From Clostridia bacterium (GTDB taxonomy: Bacteria; Bacillota; Clostridia; UMGS1810): 64,000 nucleotides of DNA. The position numbers and the translations under genes were made by a program. The notes beneath the pieces are model-generated. The model worked only from the letters and a program-made list of their open reading frames with translations. It ran no database searches and was not told the DNA's origin. The DNA is taken from the NCBI GenBank assembly GCA_045592485.1, contig JAZNUS010000037.1:133-64132 (forward strand). The letters are read 5' to 3'. Shown piece by piece: positions 19,614 to 30,067 of the stretch (position 1 is the first letter of the stretch; every line of letters begins with the position of its first letter).

Positions 19614-20867
19614 TTACTCAATCCTCTCTATTGATGCACCGATTCTGGAAAGGTCGGCGCATAAATTTTCGTAACCTCTTTCTATATATTCTATCCGACG
19701 GATATGGGTAACTCCCTCTGCCCCCAGAGCTGCCGCACAAATTGCGGCGCCGCACCGAAGGTCGCTTGCACACACATCTGCCCCGGACAAGCACTCAACA
19801 CCGGTTACAGTTGCAGTCAGGCCTTTTATACAGATGTCTGCGCCCATGGTATTTAAAATGCCACAATGGCTGAACCTGTTTTCAAATATTTTTTCTCTGA
19901 TAACCCCGACGCCCGACGCAGTTGCCATTGACGCAATCAATAGGGGCTGACAATCGGTGGGAATGCCCGGAAACACTTCCGTGCTTACATAGGCTTGATT
20001 CCGGCATCGCTCCGACTTTTGCACATTCAGATAATTGTTTTCGCAGTTTATGGAAAGTCCCATGCGGCGATATAGTGCTATAACAGTTGACAAATGCTTA
20101 GGAATGACATTTTCAATTCTGATGCTTCCCCCTGCACATGCCACAGATGCTATGTATGTTGCAGCAACAATCCTGTCGGGGAAAATTGTCACTTCGCCAT
20201 CTTTGAACTCATTTGTTCCTTTGATTATTATTCTGTCGGTTCCGACTCCGCTGACACTGACTCCGAGAGAGCGCAGAAAGTATGCAAGATTTTCTATTTC
20301 CGGTTCTTTTGCTGCGTTCATAATTACAGTCGGAGAAGTGTTGACCGATGCTGCAAGCATCAGATTTTCAGTTGCGCCTACCGATGGGAATGGGAGATGG
20401 ATAGAGGAAAATCCCTCAGGCTTGCCCTCGCAGAGAACTCCGTCATTACAACAGCTGACATCTATTCCCATTTCCCTGAATCCGGCAAGATGTATATCAA
20501 TAGGTCTTTTACCTATGCAGCATCCGCCGCTTCCGGATATAAATGCTCTGTGACAGCGGGCAATAAGTGCTCCTGCAAAAAGAGTGGAGCTACGGGTTTC
20601 CTTCATGGCCTCAAGCGGTATATCGCACGAATTGAAACCCGACGAGTCAACAGTAAGTGTATTTCCGTTATGCTCTGTTTTACAACCAAGCATCTGAAGA
20701 ATAGAAATTATGCTCGAAATATCCGTTAGGTCCGGACAGTTATGTATAACATTTTTGCCACGATTTATTATTGTTGCGGCAAGAATCGGCAAAGCGGCAT
20801 TTTTTGCTCCGTGAACTCTGACTGTTCCCGACAGCTTGCTGCCGCCCTCTATTCTATAGCATTTCAT
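19614..20867 (-). CDS. murA: UDP-N-acetylglucosamine 1-carboxyvinyltransferase MurA
   Basis: About 417 aa from MKCYRIEGG, with the active-site Cys loop GSGGCCIGKRPIDIH. Confidence 0.9.
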   Translation of the reverse strand: MKCYRIEGGSKLSGTVRVHGAKNAALPILAATIINRGKNVIHNCPDLTDISSIISILQMLGCKTEHNGNTLTVDSSGFNSCDIPLEAMKETRSSTLFAGALIARCHRAFISGSGGCCIGKRPIDIHLAGFREMGIDVSCCNDGVLCEGKPEGFSSIHLPFPSVGATENLMLAASVNTSPTVIMNAAKEPEIENLAYFLRSLGVSVSGVGTDRIIIKGTNEFKDGEVTIFPDRIVAATYIASVACAGGSIRIENVIPKHLSTVIALYRRMGLSINCENNYLNVQKSERCRNQAYVSTEVFPGIPTDCQPLLIASMATASGVGVIREKIFENRFSHCGILNTMGADICIKGLTATVTGVECLSGADVCASDLRCGAAICAAALGAEGVTHIRRIEYIERGYENLCADLSRIGASIERIE

Positions 20868-21005
20868 ACCGATACCCCCATGCATAATAAGTTTGTTAAT
20901 AACTTATGCATAAAGCTCGGTTTGTGTTACAACGATACTGCATTGCTGCCTAGCGGATTAGCGAGCATTTTGGTGATGATAAGAGCAATTTTTGTATCTT
21001 AAAAT

Positions 21006-21096
21006 CGGAGTTCGGACTACTCTCTTTCGGCTACGGTTTCGAAAGATAGTAAGCTCCGCGGATGGTAGGTAGGTATAAGGAGATGCGGAGCTTACT
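21006..21096 (-). promoter_or_regulatory. Two mutually exclusive hairpins in the murG-murA spacer (possible attenuator or terminator)
   Basis: Hairpin A is a perfect 12-bp stem, 21048-21059 with 21085-21096. Hairpin B spans 21006-21058 with about 16 bp imperfect pairing, and is followed on the minus strand by ATTTTAAG. Segment 21048-21058 is used by both. Confidence 0.35.
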
Positions 21097-21111
21097 TGGA
21101 ATAGTCAAAAT

Positions 21112-22224
21112 TTATTTCAAAGAACTGTTTTTAATAATATCCGTCAGCTTGCCATATATTATTTCAAGTGCGTTTACACTGCTTATTGCAATTGATTTTT
21201 TACTCATTTCCTTTAATCTTTCTTCGCTGAAAAGCAAGGATTCAAGAGCGTCTTCAAAAGATGACAGATTAAAATCTTTTTCAAGAATGGTTATTGCCGC
21301 ACCCTTGTCTGAAAGTGCGCGGGCATTGTATTCCTGATGATTGTTGGTAACATTCGGCGAAGGAACGAGGATTGCCGGCTTGCCAAGTGCAGAAAGCTCA
21401 GAAACAGTTATGGCTCCTGAACGGCAAAGCACTATGTCCGCCGCATTCATGGCTTCGTCCATATTGTGTATGTAGGGCACAATTGTAATGTTTTTCTTTT
21501 TGTCAATGCCTTGTTGTGATGAAACTTTTTTAATTTCATCATAATTACGGTTTCCCGTTGCAAAAAGCACATGGACATCGGGATTATTCAGTTTTTTCAT
21601 ATATTCTACGGCAACAGAATTAATTGCCCCGGCTCCCAGGCTGCCACCAAAGATAAGTATGAGCTTTTCATTGGAGAGACCAAGCTTTTTTCGTGCACAA
21701 TCCGATTGACACGACAATATCTCAGGTCTGATCGGGTTGCCTGTAAAGAGAACCTCTTTTGCGTCCGAAAGATATTTTTTACTGTCTTCAAAGCTTATGG
21801 CAGTAACGGTTGAAGTTTTTGAAAGAAGCTTTATTGCACTTCCGGGGAAAACATTCTGTTCATGTATCAGAGTGGGAATGCCGAGAGAATTAGCCGCCAT
21901 AACTGCCGGAGCGCAAACATAACCACCTGTACCGATTACAACATCGGGTCTGAATTTTTTGATGATTTTTTTGCACTTTTGCTTGGCAGTCAGCATGTGA
22001 TACAGGGACTTGAAATTTTCAAAGGTAAGCTTCTTGCTGAGCCCCTCTACCTTTATATACTCGATATCGTATCCGGCACCCGGAACAAGAGTGCTTTCCA
22101 TACCTTTTTTCGTACCTACAAAAAGTATTTCGGAATTTTTGTCAGCCTGCTTTGCATATCCTGCAATTGCCAGAGCCGGATTTATATGCCCGGCTGTTCC
22201 TCCGCCGGCTAAAAGAATCCTCAA
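21112..22224 (-). CDS. murG: Lipid II glycosyltransferase MurG
   Basis: GGTAGHINPALA motif. I prefer TTG 22224, which lies 6 nt after GAGGTGG. The ORF track used GTG 22248, which overlaps ftsW. Confidence 0.9.
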   Translation of the reverse strand: MRILLAGGGTAGHINPALAIAGYAKQADKNSEILFVGTKKGMESTLVPGAGYDIEYIKVEGLSKKLTFENFKSLYHMLTAKQKCKKIIKKFRPDVVIGTGGYVCAPAVMAANSLGIPTLIHEQNVFPGSAIKLLSKTSTVTAISFEDSKKYLSDAKEVLFTGNPIRPEILSCQSDCARKKLGLSNEKLILIFGGSLGAGAINSVAVEYMKKLNNPDVHVLFATGNRNYDEIKKVSSQQGIDKKKNITIVPYIHNMDEAMNAADIVLCRSGAITVSELSALGKPAILVPSPNVTNNHQEYNARALSDKGAAITILEKDFNLSSFEDALESLLFSEERLKEMSKKSIAISSVNALEIIYGKLTDIIKNSSLK

Positions 22225-22237
22225 TTTAATCCACCTC

Positions 22238-23356
22238 TTATAATTCACATTCTCTTGAAACAGAAAGTATTACGCCCATTTCCGCCAGAATGAAGACCAA
22301 TGATGTTCCTCCGTAGCTGAAAAAGGGCAGTGGCATTCCTGTTGCAGGAAGTGATGATGTTACAACAGCAATATTTATGATAACCTGAATGGCTATGAGA
22401 CCTATAATGCCTATTACCGTAAGCTTTGAAAATTTGTCAGGAGCATGAACTGCGATTTTAACTCCACGCCATATGAGAAAAACAAAAAGGACAAGCACCA
22501 AAAGTGCACCGATAAATCCAAGCTCTTCACATACAATGGAAAATATGAAGTCATTCTGAGGCTCGGGCAAATACAGGAATTTCTGTCTGCTCTGACCAAG
22601 TCCCAGTCCCCAGAAGCCGCCGCTTCCGATTGCATAAAGTGATTGAACAACCTGATAGCCGTCTCCGGACATATCCTTGAACGGATCGAGAAATGTAAGA
22701 ACTCGTTCAAGACGGTATTCAGCACTAAGAACTGCCAGCGATGCAAGTCCGGCTGCAGGAATACCAATGGTCAGGAAGTGAGAAATTTTTGCTCCGGCTG
22801 CCCAGAGTATTATGAAGCCCGTAAGAGCTATGACTATTGCCGCACTAAGGTGAGGCTCTATGAATACAAGCATTGCCAATAGTCCTATTATTACAATGTA
22901 AGGCAAAAATCCTTTGGTGAAGGTTTTTAGTGCCTGTGTGTTTACGGTCAGGCTTCTGGCAAGGAAAACAATTATTGCAAATTTCGCAACCTCCGAGGGC
23001 TGAAAGGAAAAGGAACCAAATCCTATCCATCTTTTTGCTCCGTTTACAGTGGTTCCCACAAAGGGGACTGCAATGAGCAAAACAATTGCAATTGCCATTA
23101 TATGAATGGCATAGCGATAAATTGTTTTATAGGAAATTCTCGAAACAGTAAACATAATTCCGAGACCGATAAGCGCCCATGCAAACTGCCTTTTTATAAA
23201 GTAGTACGCATCGTCGTAGCGGTAATGCGCATGAGCACTGCTTGCACTGAATACCATAATAAGCCCATAGCAAAGAAGCATGAGAACAATTATTAAAAAT
23301 GTGTAGTCCGGCTTGGTTTTCGGACCGAGTGTAAATGCTTTTTGCTTAACAGCCAC
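22238..23356 (-). CDS. ftsW: SEDS-family peptidoglycan glycosyltransferase FtsW/SpoVE
   Basis: About 10 TM segments and the conserved LPATGMPLPFFSYGGTS. GTG 23356 follows AGGAGGAG. The ORF-track start at 23431 would overlap mraY by 56 nt. Confidence 0.88.
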   Translation of the reverse strand: MAVKQKAFTLGPKTKPDYTFLIIVLMLLCYGLIMVFSASSAHAHYRYDDAYYFIKRQFAWALIGLGIMFTVSRISYKTIYRYAIHIMAIAIVLLIAVPFVGTTVNGAKRWIGFGSFSFQPSEVAKFAIIVFLARSLTVNTQALKTFTKGFLPYIVIIGLLAMLVFIEPHLSAAIVIALTGFIILWAAGAKISHFLTIGIPAAGLASLAVLSAEYRLERVLTFLDPFKDMSGDGYQVVQSLYAIGSGGFWGLGLGQSRQKFLYLPEPQNDFIFSIVCEELGFIGALLVLVLFVFLIWRGVKIAVHAPDKFSKLTVIGIIGLIAIQVIINIAVVTSSLPATGMPLPFFSYGGTSLVFILAEMGVILSVSRECEL

Positions 23357-23375
23357 TTTATTCTCCTCCTGATTT

Positions 23376-24332
23376 TTATACACAAGCAAAGTATGACAAA
23401 ATACAAAGAGCAATTGTTGCAACAGATGCACATGTCACGATTTTCACTTCGCTCCATCCGCACATTTCAAAATGATGATGAATGGGGCTCATTTTAAATA
23501 TTCTTTTCCCGGTTTTTTTAAAGTATGCAACCTGAAGAATAACCGAGAAGGTTTCAAGAACATACACTCCGCCGCAAATAATGAGAATCAGCGGATTTTT
23601 CAAAAGCAGTGCATTAGAGCACACAAGTCCGCCCAGAAACAGCGAGCCGGTATCGCCCATGAACACCTTTGCCGGGTAATGATTGAACACAAGAAATCCC
23701 AGAATCGATGCGGCGGATATTGCGTTTACCACAGTTACACCGTACATTCCCATAGCATAGGAAAGAAATGCAAAAAATATGCATACAACAAATGTAACCG
23801 AGCCTGCAAGACCGTCTACACCATCGGTAAGATTAACGCTGTTTGTTGTTCCGAGTAAAACAAAAAGTGCAAGGGGAATGTATATTACAGAAAAATCAAT
23901 CTCTGTTTTTGCGAAGGGAAGAAAAACTTCCGTGTCAATGAGACCGAGACCGTAGATGCTGACACAAATGAACACAACCGAGAATACCAATTGCAGCAGG
24001 AACTTATGTTTTGCACTAAGTCCCAGATTTCTTTTTTTGACTACTTTTATGTAATCATCGGCAAAGCCAACCAGACCGAAACTCAATGCAAAAAGCACAA
24101 GGCTGACACAAAGAGCATTTCTTTCAAATATCAGTGTGCACAAAATTATGGGAATAATAAATATAAATCCGCCCATAGGTGGAGTTCCGCTTTTTTTCTG
24201 GTGCCAGCTCGGACCTTCTTCTCTTATTTGCTGACCAAATTTGAGCCTTCTGAAAAGCGGAATCAGTATGGGACCGCATCCCACTGCTATTACAAAAGCT
24301 ATAATCGATGATAATATCAATTCCTTTGCCAA
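23376..24332 (-). CDS. mraY: Phospho-N-acetylmuramoyl-pentapeptide transferase MraY
   Basis: 318 aa, polytopic, with DDYIKV and NSVNLTDGVDGLA motifs. TTG start follows GAGGTG. Confidence 0.95.
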   Translation of the reverse strand: MAKELILSSIIAFVIAVGCGPILIPLFRRLKFGQQIREEGPSWHQKKSGTPPMGGFIFIIPIILCTLIFERNALCVSLVLFALSFGLVGFADDYIKVVKKRNLGLSAKHKFLLQLVFSVVFICVSIYGLGLIDTEVFLPFAKTEIDFSVIYIPLALFVLLGTTNSVNLTDGVDGLAGSVTFVVCIFFAFLSYAMGMYGVTVVNAISAASILGFLVFNHYPAKVFMGDTGSLFLGGLVCSNALLLKNPLILIICGGVYVLETFSVILQVAYFKKTGKRIFKMSPIHHHFEMCGWSEVKIVTCASVATIALCILSYFACV

Positions 24333-24404
24333 TTAAAACACCTCATCTGCATATTGGTAATTTACATTAACCCGACAGAAGTTATCAGATTCGGATATCT
24401 CCTG

Positions 24405-25766
24405 TCAGGCTACAGTAAGTGAATGTGAAATCTCTTCAAATTTCATAAATCTTGAAGCCTTCACCAAAACAGCATCACCGTTTTTTACAAATTTTTTCAA
24501 GAAATCTATTGCTTCGGGAACCGTGTCAAAGCTATAGGTTTCTTTGTTTTTTACTTCCTGAGCCATAAATCGCGAAAGAGAGCCCACAGTGACCAAAACA
24601 TCAAGGTCGGACTTTTCAAATTCTGCTCCAACACTTCTGTGAAGCTCTTCGCCCATTTTCCCAAGCTCACCGATATCACCAAGCACAGCTATGCGTCTTT
24701 TGCACTCCACACTTGACAGAACCTTCATGGCGGCAATGTCCGACTGAGGGCTGGCATTGTAGCAGTCACTGATAACCTTGTAGCCATTTACCGAAATAAT
24801 GTTCTGCCGAATCCCTTGGGGGTGATAATTTTCCAGCCCTTCTCTGACAGCTTCATAATCAATGCACAGAAGCTCGCCTGCAGCTATTGCACACAGGGCA
24901 TTATATACATTATGCTCTCCGGCAAGATTAATTGAATATTCCCTTCCTGCCAAAACAAAGGTACATCCCGTTTCATCGGTTTTAACATTCTCTGCCGTAA
25001 AATCACAGTCTTTATTTTTTATTCCGACAAACTTTACATTTTTAAAATTCAGTTTATCCTTTAAAGACCAAAGATAAGGGTCATCACCATTTAGTATTAC
25101 ACTGCCATCCTTCGACATACCGTTAAATATTTCGCTCTTGGCTCTGAGTATGCCTTCCCGGGAACCGAGAAATTCAATATGGGATGTGCCTATGTTGGTT
25201 ATAACCCCAATATCGGGAAGTGCACATCTTGAAAGCAAATCTATCTCGCCGAAATTACTCATGCCCATTTCAACAACAGCAACCTCATGTCCGGAATTAA
25301 GTCCGAAAAGGGTGAGAGGCACACCGATATTATTATTGAAATTTCCCGCAGTGCTGAGTGTGTTGTATTTTTGAGATATGACTGAAGCAAGAAGCTCCTT
25401 TGTGGTAGTTTTGCCAACACTTCCTGTTAGCCCCAGAACAGTTATATCGAATTTTTTTCTGTAAAAGCCGGCAAGATCAAGCAATGCTTTTGAAGTGTCA
25501 TCTACAGCAACTGCAAATGATGCCTTTTTATTAATATGCAAGTCAGAGCAAATATATCCACATATGCCGCTCTCGCAAACGTCGTCAATAAAATCGTGGC
25601 CGTCAAATTTTTCACCCTTAAGGGGAATAAAGAGACAATCCGAAGAAACCGTACGGCTGTCTGTGCTGACTGCCGATACAGCTGCTTCGCCGTCGCCAAA
25701 CAAAATTTTTCCGCCGATGGCTTCGGATATATCTGAAACTGTAATTTTTTCTATGGGATAAATCAT
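24405..25766 (-). CDS. murF: UDP-MurNAc-tripeptide--D-Ala-D-Ala ligase MurF
   Basis: 453 aa with P-loop GLTGSVGKTTTKE and the Mur ligase C-terminal domain. Confidence 0.92.
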   Translation of the reverse strand: MIYPIEKITVSDISEAIGGKILFGDGEAAVSAVSTDSRTVSSDCLFIPLKGEKFDGHDFIDDVCESGICGYICSDLHINKKASFAVAVDDTSKALLDLAGFYRKKFDITVLGLTGSVGKTTTKELLASVISQKYNTLSTAGNFNNNIGVPLTLFGLNSGHEVAVVEMGMSNFGEIDLLSRCALPDIGVITNIGTSHIEFLGSREGILRAKSEIFNGMSKDGSVILNGDDPYLWSLKDKLNFKNVKFVGIKNKDCDFTAENVKTDETGCTFVLAGREYSINLAGEHNVYNALCAIAAGELLCIDYEAVREGLENYHPQGIRQNIISVNGYKVISDCYNASPQSDIAAMKVLSSVECKRRIAVLGDIGELGKMGEELHRSVGAEFEKSDLDVLVTVGSLSRFMAQEVKNKETYSFDTVPEAIDFLKKFVKNGDAVLVKASRFMKFEEISHSLTVA

Positions 25767-25767
25767 T

Positions 25768-27216
25768 TTATTTTCCTCGTGCAGAAAGAATTTCTTTTAC
25801 TACTTCTCTCTCGTCAAAATGTATTGTGCCGGTGTTAAGTATCTGATATGTCTCGTGTCCCTTGCCTGCAAGAACAATTACATCACCTTTTTCACCATGG
25901 TCAAGAGCATAGGCAATGGCATCTTTTCTGCTCTCAATGACAGTGTAGTCACAGCCTGACTCTTTGACACCTTCTTCAACCATCCTTATTATGGATAGCG
26001 GATTTTCGGTTCGGGGATTGTCGCTGGTAACAACACAAAAATCTGCAAGCTCGCCTGCAACTCTTCCCATAATCGGTCTTTTGGTGCTGTCACGGTCTCC
26101 GCCGCAACCAAACACAATTGTGAGCTTACCGTCAGTAAATGTGCGGACTGCTTTTAAAATATTTTCTATTCCGTCGGGAGTGTGGGCATAGTCTATTATC
26201 ACTGTGTAATCGGTGTCGGTTAAAACCACCTCGGCTCTTCCCTTTACTCCCGTTGCACCCGACAAAGCCCCGGCTATAATTTCTTCATCAATTCCTGCAA
26301 GCTTTGCAATTCCTATTGCACAAAGTGCATTATATACCGAAAACTCACCGGGGATGGAAAGAGAATAGGATTTGTCGTCAATTTCAAAGGTTATGCCTTT
26401 TGAAGAATATACAATGTTTTCAGCCAAAAGGTCATTTTTACTATTTTTCACGCCAAACGCCAGCTTTTTGCACTTGCATTTGTCAATGTATTCTTCACCG
26501 TAGCAATCATCACCATTGATAACCGCTCCGTCGGACATTTCAAAAAGCTTGAACTTTGCTTTTGCATAATTATCCATCGTTTTGTGAAAATCAAGATGAT
26601 CCTGAGTGAGATTTGTGAAAGCTCCCACCGCATAACGGCAACCGTAAACCCTGTCAAGCTCAAGGGCATGGGAGGAAACCTCCATAACACAAAAATCAAC
26701 TTTTTCGTTTGCCATTTTCGCAAAAAGACTCTGAAGCTCAATTGAGTCGGGAGTTGTTCTTCCTGTTTCTATAACTTCGTTTCCAATCATATTCTGATTT
26801 GTACCGATTAATGCCGTTTTAAATCCGCACTCCTCAAGAATATGTTTAACAAGATATGTGACCGTTGTTTTTCCGTTGGTTCCGGTAACACCTATAAGCT
26901 TTAGTTTTTTGCATGGATTGCCATAGAAATTTGCTGCGGCAACTGCCTCAAAGCGACGACTGTCCGACACTATAATCTGTGTGCAATCAATGTCCGGAAA
27001 ATATTCCTCGCAAAGAATTGCTGATGCTCCGTTTTGAACTGCAGAAGGTATATATTTGTGACCGTCGGTCTGAAATCCGCGAACCGCAACAAAAAGACTG
27101 CCTTTGACACATTCTTTCGAATTATTGGTTATGTGGCAAATATCAACTTCGGGATTGCCATAAAAATTAAGAATTTCTATATCTTTTACTACATCTCTCA
27201 GCTTCAACTGAAACAC
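25768..27216 (-). CDS. murE: UDP-MurNAc-L-Ala-D-Glu--2,6-diaminopimelate ligase MurE
   Basis: P-loop GVTGTNGKTT. The DNPR motif (SDNPRTENP) indicates meso-DAP specificity. Confidence 0.92.
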   Translation of the reverse strand: MFQLKLRDVVKDIEILNFYGNPEVDICHITNNSKECVKGSLFVAVRGFQTDGHKYIPSAVQNGASAILCEEYFPDIDCTQIIVSDSRRFEAVAAANFYGNPCKKLKLIGVTGTNGKTTVTYLVKHILEECGFKTALIGTNQNMIGNEVIETGRTTPDSIELQSLFAKMANEKVDFCVMEVSSHALELDRVYGCRYAVGAFTNLTQDHLDFHKTMDNYAKAKFKLFEMSDGAVINGDDCYGEEYIDKCKCKKLAFGVKNSKNDLLAENIVYSSKGITFEIDDKSYSLSIPGEFSVYNALCAIGIAKLAGIDEEIIAGALSGATGVKGRAEVVLTDTDYTVIIDYAHTPDGIENILKAVRTFTDGKLTIVFGCGGDRDSTKRPIMGRVAGELADFCVVTSDNPRTENPLSIIRMVEEGVKESGCDYTVIESRKDAIAYALDHGEKGDVIVLAGKGHETYQILNTGTIHFDEREVVKEILSARGK

Positions 27217-27228
27217 ATCTCCTTTGAA

Positions 27229-29397
27229 TCAATGAACATTGCTTGTGTAATTATACTCAACGCTTACAACAGTTCCTCTCGGAACCTCAGTGCCTGCAGG
27301 AGGATCCTGAGTTCCCACGAGTACATAGCCGCTGGTTGTTCCTCCGTGGGCTTTCATATTAAGTCCATTATTAATAAGTATCTGATTTGCATCGGACGCA
27401 AAATATCCGTTCAAGTCGGGGACAACTACATAATCATCATCTATTTCTTCGGTATATATAACAACCATAGCATTATTTCCCAGAGCTGTTCCGGCAGGAG
27501 GTGTCTGGGATATAACCTTTTCACCGCTTCCCATAACCACAGTCTTAAAGCCTGCATCGCCTGCTGCCTGTTTTGCAGTTTCAACATCCTTTCCGATTAT
27601 ATTCGGAACAAAAATATATTCCTGCTGACTGTCGTTTTTAATCTGCATATATACAAGAACATCAGACATAATCTCTTTGAAGGTAGGTGCTGCAATGGCA
27701 CCGCCCATATGGGACGAACCCATGGGCTCGTCAAGCATTACAAGACATATGAGTTCGGGGTCATCTGCCGGTGCAAAGCCCACAAATGAAGCAACATATT
27801 TGCCGCTTCCTCGGGGTGTCTTTTCACTTGTGCCGGTTTTTCCGGCAATGTGATAGCCATCTATGTAAGCATTTTTACTTGTTCCGTCTGAAGCAACGCC
27901 TTCAAGAATTTTAGCAACGGTGTTTGCAGTTTCCTTGCTTACTACCTGTCTTATTGTTTCTGTTTCATAATTTTTTATTACATTGCCCTCATCATCTACA
28001 AGAGATTTTATGAGTCTGGGTTTAACCATATAACCGTCATTGGTTATTGCAGAATATGCCGTAATGAGCTGAAGCGGGGTGATGATGAAGCCCTGACCGA
28101 AGGAGGCAGTTGCAAGTTCTACCTCATTGAATCTGTCCATAGAGTGAAATGTTCCGGTAGCCTCACCGGGAAGGTCGAAGCCTGTTGTTTCACCAAATCC
28201 GAAGGACTTATAGTATTTATAAAATGTTGATGTGCCAAGTCTTGCACCAATTGACATAAACACAGGGTTACAGGAATTGTATACGCCCTGAACAAAGGTT
28301 TCGGTACCATGTCCTGCGGTGTTCCAGCAGCCAATGTCATAGTCGGCAACACGAACAGAGCCGCCGCACACAAAATTTTCGGTCAGGCTTACAAGGTTTT
28401 CTTCGAGTGCCATTGCGGCAACCATTGCCTTGAATGTGGAGCCGGGTTCATAGGAGTCAACAACTGCCTTGTTACGCCACTGCTTGTTGAGTGCATCGGA
28501 GGTTTTCTTGAGTCTTTCGTCCTCGTCCTCTATTTCATCAATTTCTGCCTTTACCGTTTCGTCGATAATGGTAAAGGGCGAGTTGAGATCAAAGGTGGGA
28601 TAAGTTGCCATTGCAAGAATTTCTCCTGTTTTTGCACCCATAATGATGCACGCAGCACCATTTTGAACCACATAGTTCTCCACTGCTTTTTTCAGTGATT
28701 CTTCAACCTTACGCTGTACAACCTCATCGATAGTGAGAACAACATTTGCTCCGTTCTCGGGATCTATGTATTTTTCATACTGATAAGGCATATTGGTTCC
28801 GACAGCATTTTTGGCAGTTATTACTCTGCCGGGAACACCCTTCAGATATGATTCATATATCATCTCTATTCCGGCAAGACCCTGATTGTCGGTTCCGACA
28901 AAGCCAATTACATGGGCGGCAAGGCTTCCGCCGGGATAGTATCTTTTAAAGTCTTCCACAAGAGACACTCCTGCATAGCCCTTGTCTCTTATGGCATTTG
29001 CCTGATCTTTGTCAATTTTTCTTTTTACAACTTCATAGGAGCTGTTGCGGGCAAGAATTGCATACACCTTGTCTTTTTCCATTCCAAGAATTGTTGCAAG
29101 TCCTTTTGCAGTTTCATTTATGTCGCCGTTTTTCTTCACCTCGGCAGGATTCACCGTAACGGTTTCCGCTGATGCACTTTTTGCAAGCTCGTTCATGTTG
29201 CGGTCATAAATGGTTCCTCTCTTCGAAGAAACAACTGTATCCTTTGTCTGCTGAATTGCAGCTTCTTTACTGTACTGGTTTCCTTTTACCCCCTGTATCC
29301 ACATAACTCTTACCAAAAGAAGAGCAATGATGACAACAGACATAATCAGAAGTATCAATATTCTGTTGTGCATGTTTACAGAAGATCTATTGTTCAT
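27229..29397 (-). CDS. Class B penicillin-binding protein (FtsI/SpoVD-like) with two C-terminal PASTA domains
   Basis: Contains STFK, SCN and KTGT motifs and two PASTA-like repeats near the C-terminus. The start is uncertain: ATG 29397 follows GAAAGGA, and ATG 29499 is also open. Confidence 0.88.
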   Translation of the reverse strand: MNNRSSVNMHNRILILLIMSVVIIALLLVRVMWIQGVKGNQYSKEAAIQQTKDTVVSSKRGTIYDRNMNELAKSASAETVTVNPAEVKKNGDINETAKGLATILGMEKDKVYAILARNSSYEVVKRKIDKDQANAIRDKGYAGVSLVEDFKRYYPGGSLAAHVIGFVGTDNQGLAGIEMIYESYLKGVPGRVITAKNAVGTNMPYQYEKYIDPENGANVVLTIDEVVQRKVEESLKKAVENYVVQNGAACIIMGAKTGEILAMATYPTFDLNSPFTIIDETVKAEIDEIEDEDERLKKTSDALNKQWRNKAVVDSYEPGSTFKAMVAAMALEENLVSLTENFVCGGSVRVADYDIGCWNTAGHGTETFVQGVYNSCNPVFMSIGARLGTSTFYKYYKSFGFGETTGFDLPGEATGTFHSMDRFNEVELATASFGQGFIITPLQLITAYSAITNDGYMVKPRLIKSLVDDEGNVIKNYETETIRQVVSKETANTVAKILEGVASDGTSKNAYIDGYHIAGKTGTSEKTPRGSGKYVASFVGFAPADDPELICLVMLDEPMGSSHMGGAIAAPTFKEIMSDVLVYMQIKNDSQQEYIFVPNIIGKDVETAKQAAGDAGFKTVVMGSGEKVISQTPPAGTALGNNAMVVIYTEEIDDDYVVVPDLNGYFASDANQILINNGLNMKAHGGTTSGYVLVGTQDPPAGTEVPRGTVVSVEYNYTSNVH

Positions 29398-29567
29398 AAT
29401 ACAAAATCCTTTCATAATAATGTCAACCGAAAAATTAAGCCTTTTTGGCAGTTGCTCAAAAAGGCGCACATTATAATCCCGAATTATGTCCGAAATCATC
29501 TTTAGTTTTGCCGCACAGGGCTGCTGACTCTCGTTAATCCGGCCTTATTATATTGTATATTTGAAAA

Positions 29568-30053
29568 TCAGCTGATATATGCCAAAAACGATTTCAAACC
29601 TGATATCATTTTTTCCAGTGTACTCTTGTCCCGGGTTACGGCATTTACTGCTTCTGAATAATCGCTTTGTACAACTTTTATGTACACATTCTGATGACTT
29701 TCAGGCTGTTGCATTCCAAATTGGGTTTTAGCCTTGGCTTCCACCTCTGCCAGATCAACCGCTGAGGCAATTTCGAACGAAACCTGAGTGTTGCGGTCTC
29801 TCATATCCTGAATATCTTTAACAAGCTGATCGTGTCTTGATGCAGTCTGGATAAGAACAACATTTGCATACAAAAATGCAATGGCAACCGCAAATATGAC
29901 GCATGTGATTGTGACTACTTTTTTATGATTCAGTACAAGATGCCTTACAGACTGTTCTTTTTTCTCTTCCTGTCTTTTTTCAACAGTTTCTCTGTATAAA
30001 TCGTACTCATTGATTTTATATGCCGATGTGCCGTCGTACAGTCTGTTTGCCAC
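29568..30053 (-). CDS. ftsL: FtsL-like division protein (single TM plus coiled coil)
   Basis: Sits at the FtsL position between rsmH and the PBP gene. TM segment is VVTITCVIFAVAIAFLYANVVLI. GTG 30053 lies 5 nt after AGAGGTGA. Confidence 0.65.
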   Translation of the reverse strand: MANRLYDGTSAYKINEYDLYRETVEKRQEEKKEQSVRHLVLNHKKVVTITCVIFAVAIAFLYANVVLIQTASRHDQLVKDIQDMRDRNTQVSFEIASAVDLAEVEAKAKTQFGMQQPESHQNVYIKVVQSDYSEAVNAVTRDKSTLEKMISGLKSFLAYIS

Positions 30054-30067
30054 TTGTCTCACCTCTT

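Noticed and set aside
20035-20729. 172-aa and 211-aa plus-strand ORFs
   Set aside because: Both are antisense inside murA, with no RBS and no recognisable motifs.
27034-27789. 251-aa plus-strand ORF
   Set aside because: It is antisense to the murE start and the PBP gene end, spans their junction and has an implausible composition. Shadow ORF.
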